DNA of 64,000 nucleotides from Theionarchaea archaeon (GTDB lineage Archaea; Methanobacteriota_B; Thermococci; Methanofastidiosales; SZ-28-30): NCBI GenBank assembly GCA_018992685.1, contig JACVGT010000014.1, positions 1 to 64,000 of the forward strand, read 5' to 3'. Shown piece by piece: positions 39,927 to 48,791 of this stretch (position 1 is its first letter; each line of letters starts with the position of its first letter). The notes under the pieces were generated by a model. It saw only the letters and a program-made list of their open reading frames with translations, ran no database searches and was not told where the DNA came from. The position numbers and the translations under genes were made by a program.

Positions 39927-42323
39927 CTACTTGCGCCTCATCTTGAACCGCACATACATTATGATCAGCAAGAACACCACGAGAATGAGTACACCCGAGG
40001 AGACTCTCCTCACCCTCTCCTGTTCAACTTGATTTTGAATCCGTGCACTGAGGGTCTCAAATTCTATAATAGTCGTTTTGGCTTTATCTTCAGCTTCCTG
40101 GTATTTCCCTTCAATAAAAAGGGCTCTGGCTTCTGCCAGCAATTCAAGGGCTTGATCTATCTCCTCTTCAAGTGCTGTGGTGTTAACATTCAGTTGTTGG
40201 GCCTCTTCCAGAGCCAGGGGGATTTTTGAGTAGCTTCTCTTGGCCTCAGCGATACTCTGCCTGGCTGTCTCCCTGTTCTGCATTTCTTTTTCTGCTCGTT
40301 CCTGTTCCAGCAAATAATAGGTTGAAATGACTGCAGCATTATCCCCCATGTTGTAAATTTCTGTGAGCAGCTCGTCAGTGAGAGCCAGTCGGTAGGTATA
40401 CGCAATATAGAATCCTCCCCACAAGGAATTGTCGAGCGATGACTGAGGATACGCACCCACACTGGTGATCCCATTGTTATAAGCAACAATTAAGGAATTA
40501 ATTAAGTTCTCCCGGGCTGGAGGTGCAGGAGATTCAACGTAAAAACTCAGGATGTACTTTGAGGGAGTAGGGAGGCTCTTTACTATGTATTCTACGCGAG
40601 GTGGGTTTTGAAGACCGATGTTGATCAGGACAATCCGGTCAACGATATCTTCCACCTCTGGGAGGTACAACCCGTACTCAGAAGAAGCAAGTTCCAAGTT
40701 GGCAGAAACTGGGACCTCCACCCACAATTCCTTGTTGGAATCGCGTATAAGTTCCCTGAGGTCCCGCAGAAACTGGGAAAGCAGACTGGTCTTCCATTCT
40801 CTCACGGTTGGATCATAAATATTGATGCTGCCATCTGTCCTGGGCCAGTCTTCTACAGGGACACCTTTCTGAGCCATGTAATCAATATAGGATTGCAGGC
40901 AATCAATACAGAAACAGTCTTCCAGATAGTACAGTTGAGTAACAAGGATTGCTTCTGCATCATAATTGTTTGCTAGATACGTGACCATTTCAAAGAATTC
41001 TGTTTTATAAGGGTCCTGGATGAGTGCTGTGAGACATATTCTCTTTCTCAGGACTCCCCACTCAAACGTTACAGAAGCTGAATCTTTATATCTGGTTGCA
41101 AATTCCTCGGACTGGGCATTGACCTGCAGGACACCGTACAGATTGGCATTCCGTGCCTTGGAGATCATCTCATCAACATAATCTCGATCATATTTCTGTA
41201 TGTAGGCACTCCACTTGTCGGGATAGGGCCAATACTTGAAGTATGTTGAGAACACGTGACCTGCCGGCAGAACAGCTGTGTTGACCTCGTAGCTTCTCCA
41301 CTCTTCCATATTGTACTGATTGTTAAAGAACTCAATAAAGGTCAATCGAGTCATCCGAATGTCTTCAAAGGGAATTTGAGCCTTCTTTATGCGTTCGAAG
41401 TCCTTTCTCTGCCAGGCATCAGAATCAAAGATGAGCATATCTGCATACGTACTCTCAGCCACCTGAGCTCTGGCATTGCTGACGTAGTCATCAGGAATGA
41501 TGACGTACACTCCTGCTTTGGTCAACAACGTCAGCCTGTTGATGAGCGGAGTCGGGTTAGCCTCAGTCTGAACAGCCACAAAGGTAGCTACTCCCGGAGG
41601 CACATACTCTGCATCCTGATCTTGCAGTTCTTCAGGGATGACTGTCACACCCACAGGCAGGTCTTGAGGCATAATGTCACGCAGAAAGTCAGAAAGGACT
41701 TCATTCCGGTAGGAGAGCCAGTCATACCAGAGGGGGGTATTGCGTTCTTTTTCAAGCGATAGGTCAATGGAACCCATGTTATACCCGTATCGCTGCCCAA
41801 AATTGGCCTTTAATTCATCACTGGCAGCAAAATCATCAGGAAACCACAGATAATCGAAAAGTATCCCATCAATTGGATATGCTGTTACCTCATTCATCAT
41901 GATTGTGTAGTACTGTCTCGATTTCAGAGGAGAGATCCAGTATTCTTTTGTGGCCATGTTCTGTTCCGCAAGCCACCTGTCATACAAGAGAGGAATCCAC
42001 GCATACACCTTGATATTCTGATCATGTGCCTTCTTCAGAGTCTCATCAAGCACATCAAACTCGGACTTAACAAGGCTCCTGGGACTATTGTAGTACACCA
42101 GTCCTGAATCTGGTCCAGTGTCCTGCTTTATCATGAGAAAAATGTAGGAAACTCCATATTCTGCGCACAAATTCACAATAGAATCTATGTCTGCCTTTGT
42201 CTGTATAATATCATGGGGACGCACAAAGATCGCCAGAGGTAGATCAGTTGGTAATGATGCCGAAGGTGTGGGAATCATGGCAAGGCCCAATACAATGAGG
42301 AAGAGTACTGCAGCTCGATTCAT
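39927..42323 (-). CDS. Secreted glycoside hydrolase-like (GHL10-type) protein with helical stalk and C-terminal TM anchor
   Basis: Signal peptide; FDVL...AH..IKVYAW, IDGILFDY and W..YR motifs; C-terminal TM plus KMRRK. Confidence 0.65.
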   Translation of the reverse strand: MNRAAVLFLIVLGLAMIPTPSASLPTDLPLAIFVRPHDIIQTKADIDSIVNLCAEYGVSYIFLMIKQDTGPDSGLVYYNSPRSLVKSEFDVLDETLKKAHDQNIKVYAWIPLLYDRWLAEQNMATKEYWISPLKSRQYYTIMMNEVTAYPIDGILFDYLWFPDDFAASDELKANFGQRYGYNMGSIDLSLEKERNTPLWYDWLSYRNEVLSDFLRDIMPQDLPVGVTVIPEELQDQDAEYVPPGVATFVAVQTEANPTPLINRLTLLTKAGVYVIIPDDYVSNARAQVAESTYADMLIFDSDAWQRKDFERIKKAQIPFEDIRMTRLTFIEFFNNQYNMEEWRSYEVNTAVLPAGHVFSTYFKYWPYPDKWSAYIQKYDRDYVDEMISKARNANLYGVLQVNAQSEEFATRYKDSASVTFEWGVLRKRICLTALIQDPYKTEFFEMVTYLANNYDAEAILVTQLYYLEDCFCIDCLQSYIDYMAQKGVPVEDWPRTDGSINIYDPTVREWKTSLLSQFLRDLRELIRDSNKELWVEVPVSANLELASSEYGLYLPEVEDIVDRIVLINIGLQNPPRVEYIVKSLPTPSKYILSFYVESPAPPARENLINSLIVAYNNGITSVGAYPQSSLDNSLWGGFYIAYTYRLALTDELLTEIYNMGDNAAVISTYYLLEQERAEKEMQNRETARQSIAEAKRSYSKIPLALEEAQQLNVNTTALEEEIDQALELLAEARALFIEGKYQEAEDKAKTTIIEFETLSARIQNQVEQERVRRVSSGVLILVVFLLIIMYVRFKMRRK

Positions 42324-42509
42324 TGTATCAATGTTCCAGACAGTGTTTAAAAAGGTTTTTCAAACTATCAACTGGTGCTCTCCAAGGAAAGCATTCATGC
42401 CGTGATGTTAACACTGAAAAAAGAGAGAACTGAATCACCAGCGCTCTGCGTACCGCATGACTGGATGCTGGATGACAACACATATAAAGCGGAGACAGCA
42501 CGTTCTCTC

Positions 42510-43025
42510 ATGCTTTGTGTTGTGGGAATGCCAGGCTGCGGGAAGAGCATCTTCCTCACAACGGCTTCAAATCTAGGTTACTCTATTGTGTCCATGGGAG
42601 ATGCTGTGCGAGAGGAAACTGAAAAAAGAGGGCTCCCCCCTGACAGGCATGGAGAGGTTGCTCAGCTTCTGAGAGAAGAACGAGGATTGGCTGCAGTAGC
42701 CCATCTGGTAGCGGAAAAGGTTGCTCCAGATTGCATTGTGGACGGCGTGAGGGGATTGGCCGAAATTGAGGTGTTCAAGAAGAAGCATTCTGTAGGCATT
42801 GTGGCCGTTCATGCTTCTCCCAGAACTCGGTTCTCCAGGGTTCAGAAAAGACAGAGGCCCGGAGATCCCCTGTCCTGGGATGAGTTTACAGAAAGAGATG
42901 CCCGTGAGCTGAAATTTGGCATAGGAGACGTGCTGGCTTTAGCCGACTGCATGCTGGTCAATGAATCCACCCTAGAGCACTTTAGGGGGGAGTGCAGGAG
43001 ATTTCTCAAGAGGAGATGCTTGTGA
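42510..43025 (+). CDS. Archaeal dephospho-CoA kinase-like P-loop kinase
   Basis: VGMPGCGKS, MGDAVR, DGVR and RD.REL.FG motifs. Confidence 0.85.
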   Translation: MLCVVGMPGCGKSIFLTTASNLGYSIVSMGDAVREETEKRGLPPDRHGEVAQLLREERGLAAVAHLVAEKVAPDCIVDGVRGLAEIEVFKKKHSVGIVAVHASPRTRFSRVQKRQRPGDPLSWDEFTERDARELKFGIGDVLALADCMLVNESTLEHFRGECRRFLKRRCL

Positions 43026-43405
43026 AAGTAGCTGTCAGAATATCAACTCCCGTTCATTTAACAGAATCAGAGTCGAAGGTCAGGAAGGCCTTAGAGTACA
43101 TTTTTCCTTCCGTGTGTTTCTTCTTGGATGGAACTGTCTTCAAGGGGGAATCGGAAGAACTGACATCACTTGAACATTTCAGGGAACTCTTGAAATCTCA
43201 GAAGATTCGCTCCACTGCTGATAGAATATTGAGGAATTCTCTATATGGTAGCGAACTGACATTTTACCTGAACAAACAAGCAGCGTATGTGGGGAAGGTG
43301 AATTTCTCAGAAGAAAGTCCCCTTGGCCCGATTACCATCACACTGTCCTGTGAGAATTTCGATGAGTTGATCACCTACCTCTCTTCTCCCCCACCCGAAA
43401 TGTAA
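43016..43405 (+). CDS. UPF0201/DUF54 protein
   Basis: TE...KV..A, QKIR.TA and LNKQAA motifs. Confidence 0.85.
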   Translation: MLVKVAVRISTPVHLTESESKVRKALEYIFPSVCFFLDGTVFKGESEELTSLEHFRELLKSQKIRSTADRILRNSLYGSELTFYLNKQAAYVGKVNFSEESPLGPITITLSCENFDELITYLSSPPPEM

Positions 43406-43482
43406 ACTGCTTGGAGTTTGCGAAATTTTGCCCCCTCACAAAGGACCAGCTTTCCAATTGCAGGTTACAAGCAGTGGGTTTA

Positions 43483-43518
43483 CCGAAAAACTTATAAAGG
43501 AAGACTTTTATTATAAAA
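43483..43518 (+). promoter_or_regulatory. BRE-TATA promoter(s) of the histone gene
   Basis: CCGAAAAACTTATAAA and a second TTTATTATAAAA. Confidence 0.6.
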
Positions 43519-43590
43519 GGTGGCTTTTCAAGCCATTAAAATTGACATAGAATAGGAGCAAAATTCATCGACTTAAAAGGAGGTATCACG

Positions 43591-43800
43591 ATGGCATTAC
43601 CACTAGCATCTGTTGACAAGTTGATTCGAAAGGCCGGTGCTCACCGTGTGTCAGAAGACGCGGCTAAGGAACTTGCAGCTCATCTGCAGGAGACAGCTAT
43701 CGAGGTTGCCCGCGAAGCCATAACACTGGCAGACCACGCAGGGAGAAAGACGGTCAAGGCCGAGGACATTGCGCTGGCCAAGAAGCGAATGTTTGAGTGA
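43591..43800 (+). CDS. Archaeal histone (HMf-type)
   Basis: LPLA...LIRKAGA.RVSEDA...HAGRKTVKAEDI; AGGAGGT RBS; T-tract terminator. Confidence 0.97.
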   Translation: MALPLASVDKLIRKAGAHRVSEDAAKELAAHLQETAIEVAREAITLADHAGRKTVKAEDIALAKKRMFE

Positions 43801-43823
43801 TCCTTTTCACTCCTTTTTTTATA

Positions 43824-44579
43824 TTATAGTGTGATGGGCAGGGTCTTGTTTCTGTGAATGCCCACAATCTCTAGATAGTCCATGAGCCCAGACGTCCTGG
43901 CCTTTGCTCCCAAGACTTCCTGAATCTGGAAAATGCCTGCCTGACTATCCATGCGTACTTCAATCTTCAATGGCTTCTTCACACCAGGAGAAAGGGTGAC
44001 TTTCTTTATGGAGAGAGCTGAAACAGAGTGAATATCGACTTTACCTCGATGATACGGTATTCTAGCTCTGCCCTCCGCCATGTCGCATCCATCTGCCACC
44101 TTGACAATGCCTGCTTCTGTGGTGAGACAGTGAGTATCCTCATGGTGGGAGTACACACAGTGGAGAATTTCAGAGAGCATCTGGACAGGTCGGGCCGTGA
44201 AATCTGGAAGTACCGGGTGGAGAAGCTGGGCGGTCAAATAGCAGCTGTGCATGATGTGTTCTTTTCTGTGAACCATGTTTCCCACATCATGGAGAAAGGC
44301 TCCTGCCATCACCACAAGCTGAACATCACCATAGGTTCCCAGGTTCTCTTTGACAATGTTGAGAGGTACTTTCTCTTTGAGAATATCCAAAATATGCAAT
44401 GCATACAGGGTGATAATCTTTGAGTGAATTAGCCCGTGATCATTATACCCCATGCGGATAATGACCATCTGGTTTGATGCGTCTAGAAATGGAGAGAACT
44501 CCAGCAGCCTCCGGTAAAACTTGCGACCATCTGCAGACAGAAAAGATTCAATGTCAGCATCCAGCCTTTTCAGGTTCAT
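43824..44579 (-). CDS. HD-domain phosphohydrolase
   Basis: NDHG..H, LHDVG, YSH and VADG.DM..GR motifs. Confidence 0.9.
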   Translation of the reverse strand: MNLKRLDADIESFLSADGRKFYRRLLEFSPFLDASNQMVIIRMGYNDHGLIHSKIITLYALHILDILKEKVPLNIVKENLGTYGDVQLVVMAGAFLHDVGNMVHRKEHIMHSCYLTAQLLHPVLPDFTARPVQMLSEILHCVYSHHEDTHCLTTEAGIVKVADGCDMAEGRARIPYHRGKVDIHSVSALSIKKVTLSPGVKKPLKIEVRMDSQAGIFQIQEVLGAKARTSGLMDYLEIVGIHRNKTLPITL

Positions 44580-45448
44580 ATGTCTACCTCAAAGCTCAAC
44601 ACAGTTCCCTGATCGCACAGAGCCCAGGCCATATTGTTGGTGTTGAAGGCGTATTCTACATTTCCGTGAAAATCTATGGCAATTGCCCCTGTTTCCGGTG
44701 AACTGGTGAGCATGGTTTGCAGAGCTTCCTTGAGAGAACAGGTTGGCAAGAGATCGTGAACGGACTTTGAGAATACTGATCTAATAATATTTTCGCCGAT
44801 TCCTGTGGCAGAAAGGGCTGCCTTCTCCCCTGCATACGTCCCACACCCTGCCAGCGGCGAATCGCCAACCCTGCCTTTTAGCTTCAGCCAAATTCCGCCT
44901 GTGGAAGTCGCGGCTGCCAGATCTCCATCAAAGGCAACAGCTCCCACAGTTCCATGCTGGGCGTACAAGTTCACATTCTTTTTCCACCTGGTATCGCCTT
45001 TCAGAAACTGAGATCTCAGCTCTTCAAATTTCTTCCTACGCTCGTTTGTCACAGGGTCATAGTGATCAAACCAATGTCTCCCAAAAGAATATGCACCCTC
45101 TCCCACCAGAAAGACATGGTCAGTCCTCTCCATAACCAGGCGAGCCACCTGCACAGGGTTTTTCATGTTTCTCAGAGCCCCAACAGCACCCACATGTCCT
45201 TTGAACATGACCATAGCGTCAGCTTCCACCTCTCCTTCAATATTAAGGACTGCCCCGGTACCTGCATTGAATAGAGGGTTGTCCTCAAGCGAGGACACAG
45301 CCTGAATGACTGCATCCAGGGCGTTGCCTGTGGCCAGTGCATCGTAACCTGCCTGGGCCGCATTCTCGACACCCTCTTTGTATTCAGCAATATCATGGTC
45401 AGCCTTGGAGAAGTCTCCAGCTCCTCCGTGAACGATGACTTTCTTCAT
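44576..45448 (-). CDS. iaaA: Isoaspartyl peptidase/L-asparaginase (Ntn hydrolase)
   Basis: VHGGAG, FNAG, GTVGAV, ATSTGG and GRVGDSP motifs. Confidence 0.93.
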   Translation of the reverse strand: MKKVIVHGGAGDFSKADHDIAEYKEGVENAAQAGYDALATGNALDAVIQAVSSLEDNPLFNAGTGAVLNIEGEVEADAMVMFKGHVGAVGALRNMKNPVQVARLVMERTDHVFLVGEGAYSFGRHWFDHYDPVTNERRKKFEELRSQFLKGDTRWKKNVNLYAQHGTVGAVAFDGDLAAATSTGGIWLKLKGRVGDSPLAGCGTYAGEKAALSATGIGENIIRSVFSKSVHDLLPTCSLKEALQTMLTSSPETGAIAIDFHGNVEYAFNTNNMAWALCDQGTVLSFEVDI

Positions 45449-45730
45449 GAGAGCTATTCGCATACAGGATTTTAAAACTTTTCCGGAAGAACCGCAGCCA
45501 GCCTATGATTCATCAAAGAATGACTAGTGGGGGTTCTGCCAACCATCACATTCTGGCAGTACAAAGGTATATAGTACTGATTACGAATCTTTACAGATTT
45601 ACAATGCGTTGAGAAAGCTTGGAATACACAGCTTGATAAGAACAGGCTGCTGTGAAACCAACTAGCTAGCCCCACAACACTCGCGAAATCTGCGAAAAAT
45701 CGATGAGTGACAGAAAACTTCTAAAGGTGG

Positions 45731-45746
45731 AACTCACAAATGAGTT
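45731..45746. promoter_or_regulatory. Palindromic operator-like site AACTCA-N4-TGAGTT
   Basis: Perfect 6-bp inverted repeat between a weak TATA-like box (45712-45725) and the RBS of the peptide gene. Confidence 0.45.
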
Positions 45747-45758
45747 AGAGGTGAGAAA

Positions 45759-45842
45759 ATGGACTGCATAAGGAAACTCGGTGGAGGACCAGGTGTCCCC
45801 ACGAAATTGGGTGGAGGACCAGGTGTCCCGACATCCAACTGA
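45759..45842 (+). CDS. 27-aa tandem-repeat peptide MDCIR(KLGGGPGVPT)2SN (not in ORF track)
   Basis: GAGGTGA RBS; two 30-bp repeats differing only synonymously (CTC/TTG, CCC/CCG, ACG/ACA); downstream T-tract. Confidence 0.75.
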   Translation: MDCIRKLGGGPGVPTKLGGGPGVPTSN

Positions 45843-45871
45843 ATAATTCACTCGTTCAAGGTAACTTCCGT

Positions 45872-45931
45872 GATCCATCACAGGATCAGGGTTATTCTTC
45901 TCATATTGGGTAATGGATCTTTTTTCTTTTT
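45872..45931 (+). terminator. Stem plus oligo-T terminator after the peptide gene
   Basis: GATCCAT/ATGGATC pairing followed by TTTTTTCTTTTT. Confidence 0.5.
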
Positions 45932-45981
45932 CGTCCCTTCCCTACTCTTCTGGCCTAGCCGTGCTCATCCTTCAAGAAGCA

Positions 45982-46950
45982 TCATTCCACAAGACTCTGT
46001 TCTTCCTCACCCTCAATGTAGTGAAGGACGCCAATGGCCTGACTAAATTTGTCTATCATGCCGCTGGTTTTCATGAATTGAAGCGTTGCTGAAAGATCAG
46101 TGAAGGTGAGATCTGACTTGATGCTCAGCCACACCAGCAACCCTTCCTCGGTATGGGTACAGACAGTACTGGTAGGAAGGTTTGAGAGGAGTGCAATTAC
46201 TGCGTCAGTGTATCCAGTTCTGAGGAGGAACACAAAGTGAGTGTAGTTGAGATAGCCATCAGGGTAGAACCTCATGAGGACAGTCGTATGGTTACAGACA
46301 GTTTCTAGCCACTGGTAAAACTTGTCAGATGAGATCAAATGTTTTCTCAACGCAGGAGTGACTTTCTTTCTGAAATCATATTCATATTCATAAAACAGTT
46401 TCCATTCTTCTTCATCCCAGGAGGGAGGTTCATGGACAGGCAACCCCACCTTTTCAAGACCATTGGGCTCAAACTCGTGTGCCTGACTCTTCATTCGCTT
46501 GAAAGCTGGAATCCAATCAGTGAGAGGGACCCGGGGAGTAGTGATGTCTCCTCGTACTCCCTGGAACAATAAGTATTCAAATCCTTCAATGTGAGAGGGG
46601 TCATATTTCCCGTCTGAAATGTACATGATGTTCCAGTCTCCTAGGAACAAGCTACAATAGTCGATCTGAGGAATCTCTCTTAGCTGTTCAAATGCATTGT
46701 TTGGATCATCAAACTTGACGAGATGAAAGTATTTATTTAGTCCGGGATAGTATTCAAGTCTCAATTCTGGTCCAAACAGTATCTGAGAATCATACATATG
46801 ATCTAAATAGCTGGAAACTGTATTTCGTGCCATTTTAACATTCTTAGAAATCTCATGAACGTGTACTCTGGGATTTACATATATTTGATTATATATAGCA
46901 TGGTATCTTCTCAATTTCTCCTTTCTTGTAAGTTTGCTCATATAACTCAT
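45982..46950 (-). CDS. Lrp/AsnC-like winged-helix transcriptional regulator, internally duplicated
   Basis: N-terminal HTH (NPRVHVHEISKNVKMARNTVSSYL); second HTH-like/beta-alpha module after WDEEEW. Confidence 0.65.
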   Translation of the reverse strand: MSYMSKLTRKEKLRRYHAIYNQIYVNPRVHVHEISKNVKMARNTVSSYLDHMYDSQILFGPELRLEYYPGLNKYFHLVKFDDPNNAFEQLREIPQIDYCSLFLGDWNIMYISDGKYDPSHIEGFEYLLFQGVRGDITTPRVPLTDWIPAFKRMKSQAHEFEPNGLEKVGLPVHEPPSWDEEEWKLFYEYEYDFRKKVTPALRKHLISSDKFYQWLETVCNHTTVLMRFYPDGYLNYTHFVFLLRTGYTDAVIALLSNLPTSTVCTHTEEGLLVWLSIKSDLTFTDLSATLQFMKTSGMIDKFSQAIGVLHYIEGEEEQSLVE

Positions 46951-47068
46951 CCCAACATTAATATAGTACTTCTTCGTAGCTATGTACGTCCATATCGCAT
47001 ATGGACCGATGTATAGGCTATGTCCCTAAGCTATAAATACCTTTCGGCACGGATCTTTCACCCCCTTC

Positions 47069-47095
47069 GAGACCGGTTGTTCTACAACCGGTCTC
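47069..47095. repeat. Perfect 12-bp inverted repeat GAGACCGGTTGT-TCT-ACAACCGGTCTC
   Basis: Read directly; lies in the divergent intergenic region between the regulator and hdrC. Confidence 0.85.
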
Positions 47096-47415
47096 CCAAA
47101 CACGACAAACACGCTTTTTTAAACACGTTTTTCTTTCCTTTTTCTAATCAACTCAACATGTCCACTCTTTCGTGATAATATTTTATTAGGTTCCTTCTGG
47201 ACGCCTCCAGAGGGTGTTCTCCTGACCTTTCCAGATAGTGCACACCGTTTCAATGTCTTCCCTATGTCTCGACTACCTTCTCGAAATATATTTACACATT
47301 TTCTACAGAAAAAACTATATAAACTAAAAGGCTAAGATTTATAAATGTAAAGGAAGACTAAACCTTTGACCTCAAAGCCAAAGAAAAAGAAAAATGTACT
47401 TGAAGGAGCGAGAGA

Positions 47416-47919
47416 ATGAAAAAGAAGGAAATTATCAACATGGACGAACTGGATCCCCAATTCAAGTATGAGATCGCTTCCCAACCAGGAGGAGAGCACA
47501 TACTGAAATGTGTGCAGTGTGCTACTTGTTCCTCTGGTTGTCCTGTGGCTTCTGTGAGTGACAGATTCAACCCACGGAAAATTATCCGAATGGCAGTCCT
47601 GGGACTGAAGGATACAGTCCTGAGAGAGGATTTTGTCTGGTACTGTGCTGCCTGTTACACATGCTCTGAACGCTGTCCCCAGGACGTGAGAATTCCTGAC
47701 CTCATGGCGGCTGTCAGGAACATCGCAGTCAAAGAGGGATGCATTCACCCTGCCTACAAAGAACAGGGGCGATTAATAGGGGAACTGGGACGATTGTATG
47801 AAGTGACTGAATTTGAGAATGAGAAAAGGGAGAAGCTTGGCCTTCCCAAAGTGAGAGAGAAGAATGAAGAAATAGCTGAAATTTACAGCTGCACTGGTGT
47901 AGGAAAGGTGGTGCTGTGA
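47416..47919 (+). CDS. hdrC: Heterodisulfide reductase subunit C
   Basis: CVQCATCSSGCP and CAACYTCSERCP motifs. Confidence 0.93.
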   Translation: MKKKEIINMDELDPQFKYEIASQPGGEHILKCVQCATCSSGCPVASVSDRFNPRKIIRMAVLGLKDTVLREDFVWYCAACYTCSERCPQDVRIPDLMAAVRNIAVKEGCIHPAYKEQGRLIGELGRLYEVTEFENEKREKLGLPKVREKNEEIAEIYSCTGVGKVVL

Positions 47920-48791
47920 AGTATGCATTGTTTTTAGGTTGTACTGTTCCAGTGAGAACCATGGCGTACGAAATTTCCACCAGAAATGTCATGAAAAAAC
48001 TGGGGATCTCTCTTGCAGACTTGGAAGATTTCGGCTGCTGCGGATTTCCTTTAGAATCTATTGATCATACTACCTATTTGTCAGTGGCTGCGAGAAATCT
48101 GGCCGTTGCAGAAGCTGCCAACCTGCCTGTGATGACCATGTGCAGTGCCTGCAATGGGTCTCTCCTCAAAGCCAACCTGGCCATGCAGGACAAGAATACA
48201 CGAGATGAAATAAATGCCAACCTAAAGCCCATTAATCGGCAGTACAAGGGGACTACGGTTGTAAAGCATGCGGCCAGGGTACTATATGAGACCATGGACA
48301 CCATAAAGGAGATGGCACATCCCCTGAACCTGAAGGTTGCTGCTCACTATGGATGCCATTACACTAAACCCTCCGAAATATATGCGGATTTCGAAGACCC
48401 CGAAGTCCCCTACAGTCTGGAGGAGCTCATCTCTGCAGTCGGAGCAACACCTATTCCGTACGAGAATAAAAAACAGTGCTGTGGAGGGTCTGTCATGGGA
48501 ATTGATGAGAGTGTTTCTCTGGAGATGGTACGAGAGAAACTATCTCACATCAAGAAAGCAGGAGCAGATGCCATGGTCCTGGTATGCCCGTTCTGTGATG
48601 TCATGTATGACATAAATCAGAAACGGATTGAAAATCAGGCTGGAGAACAATTCGGTATTCCTGTGCTGTTCCTGCCCCAGCTGATAGGACTGGCCCTTGG
48701 ACTGACACCTGACGAATTAGGGCTGAAAATGAACAGAGTATCAGTGCGCAATCTGCTGAAGACCCTGGGTGACGGCAATGAGCAAAAGTGA
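47916..48791 (+). CDS. hdrB: Heterodisulfide reductase subunit B
   Basis: FLGC, GCCG, CSAC, HYGCH, CCGG and CPFC (CCG domains). Confidence 0.94.
   Translation: MKYALFLGCTVPVRTMAYEISTRNVMKKLGISLADLEDFGCCGFPLESIDHTTYLSVAARNLAVAEAANLPVMTMCSACNGSLLKANLAMQDKNTRDEINANLKPINRQYKGTTVVKHAARVLYETMDTIKEMAHPLNLKVAAHYGCHYTKPSEIYADFEDPEVPYSLEELISAVGATPIPYENKKQCCGGSVMGIDESVSLEMVREKLSHIKKAGADAMVLVCPFCDVMYDINQKRIENQAGEQFGIPVLFLPQLIGLALGLTPDELGLKMNRVSVRNLLKTLGDGNEQK

Noticed and set aside
45780-45829. Direct repeat GGTGGAGGACCAGGTGTCCC as a mini-CRISPR
   Set aside because: Only two copies with a 30-bp period and no cas genes; explained better as a coding repeat
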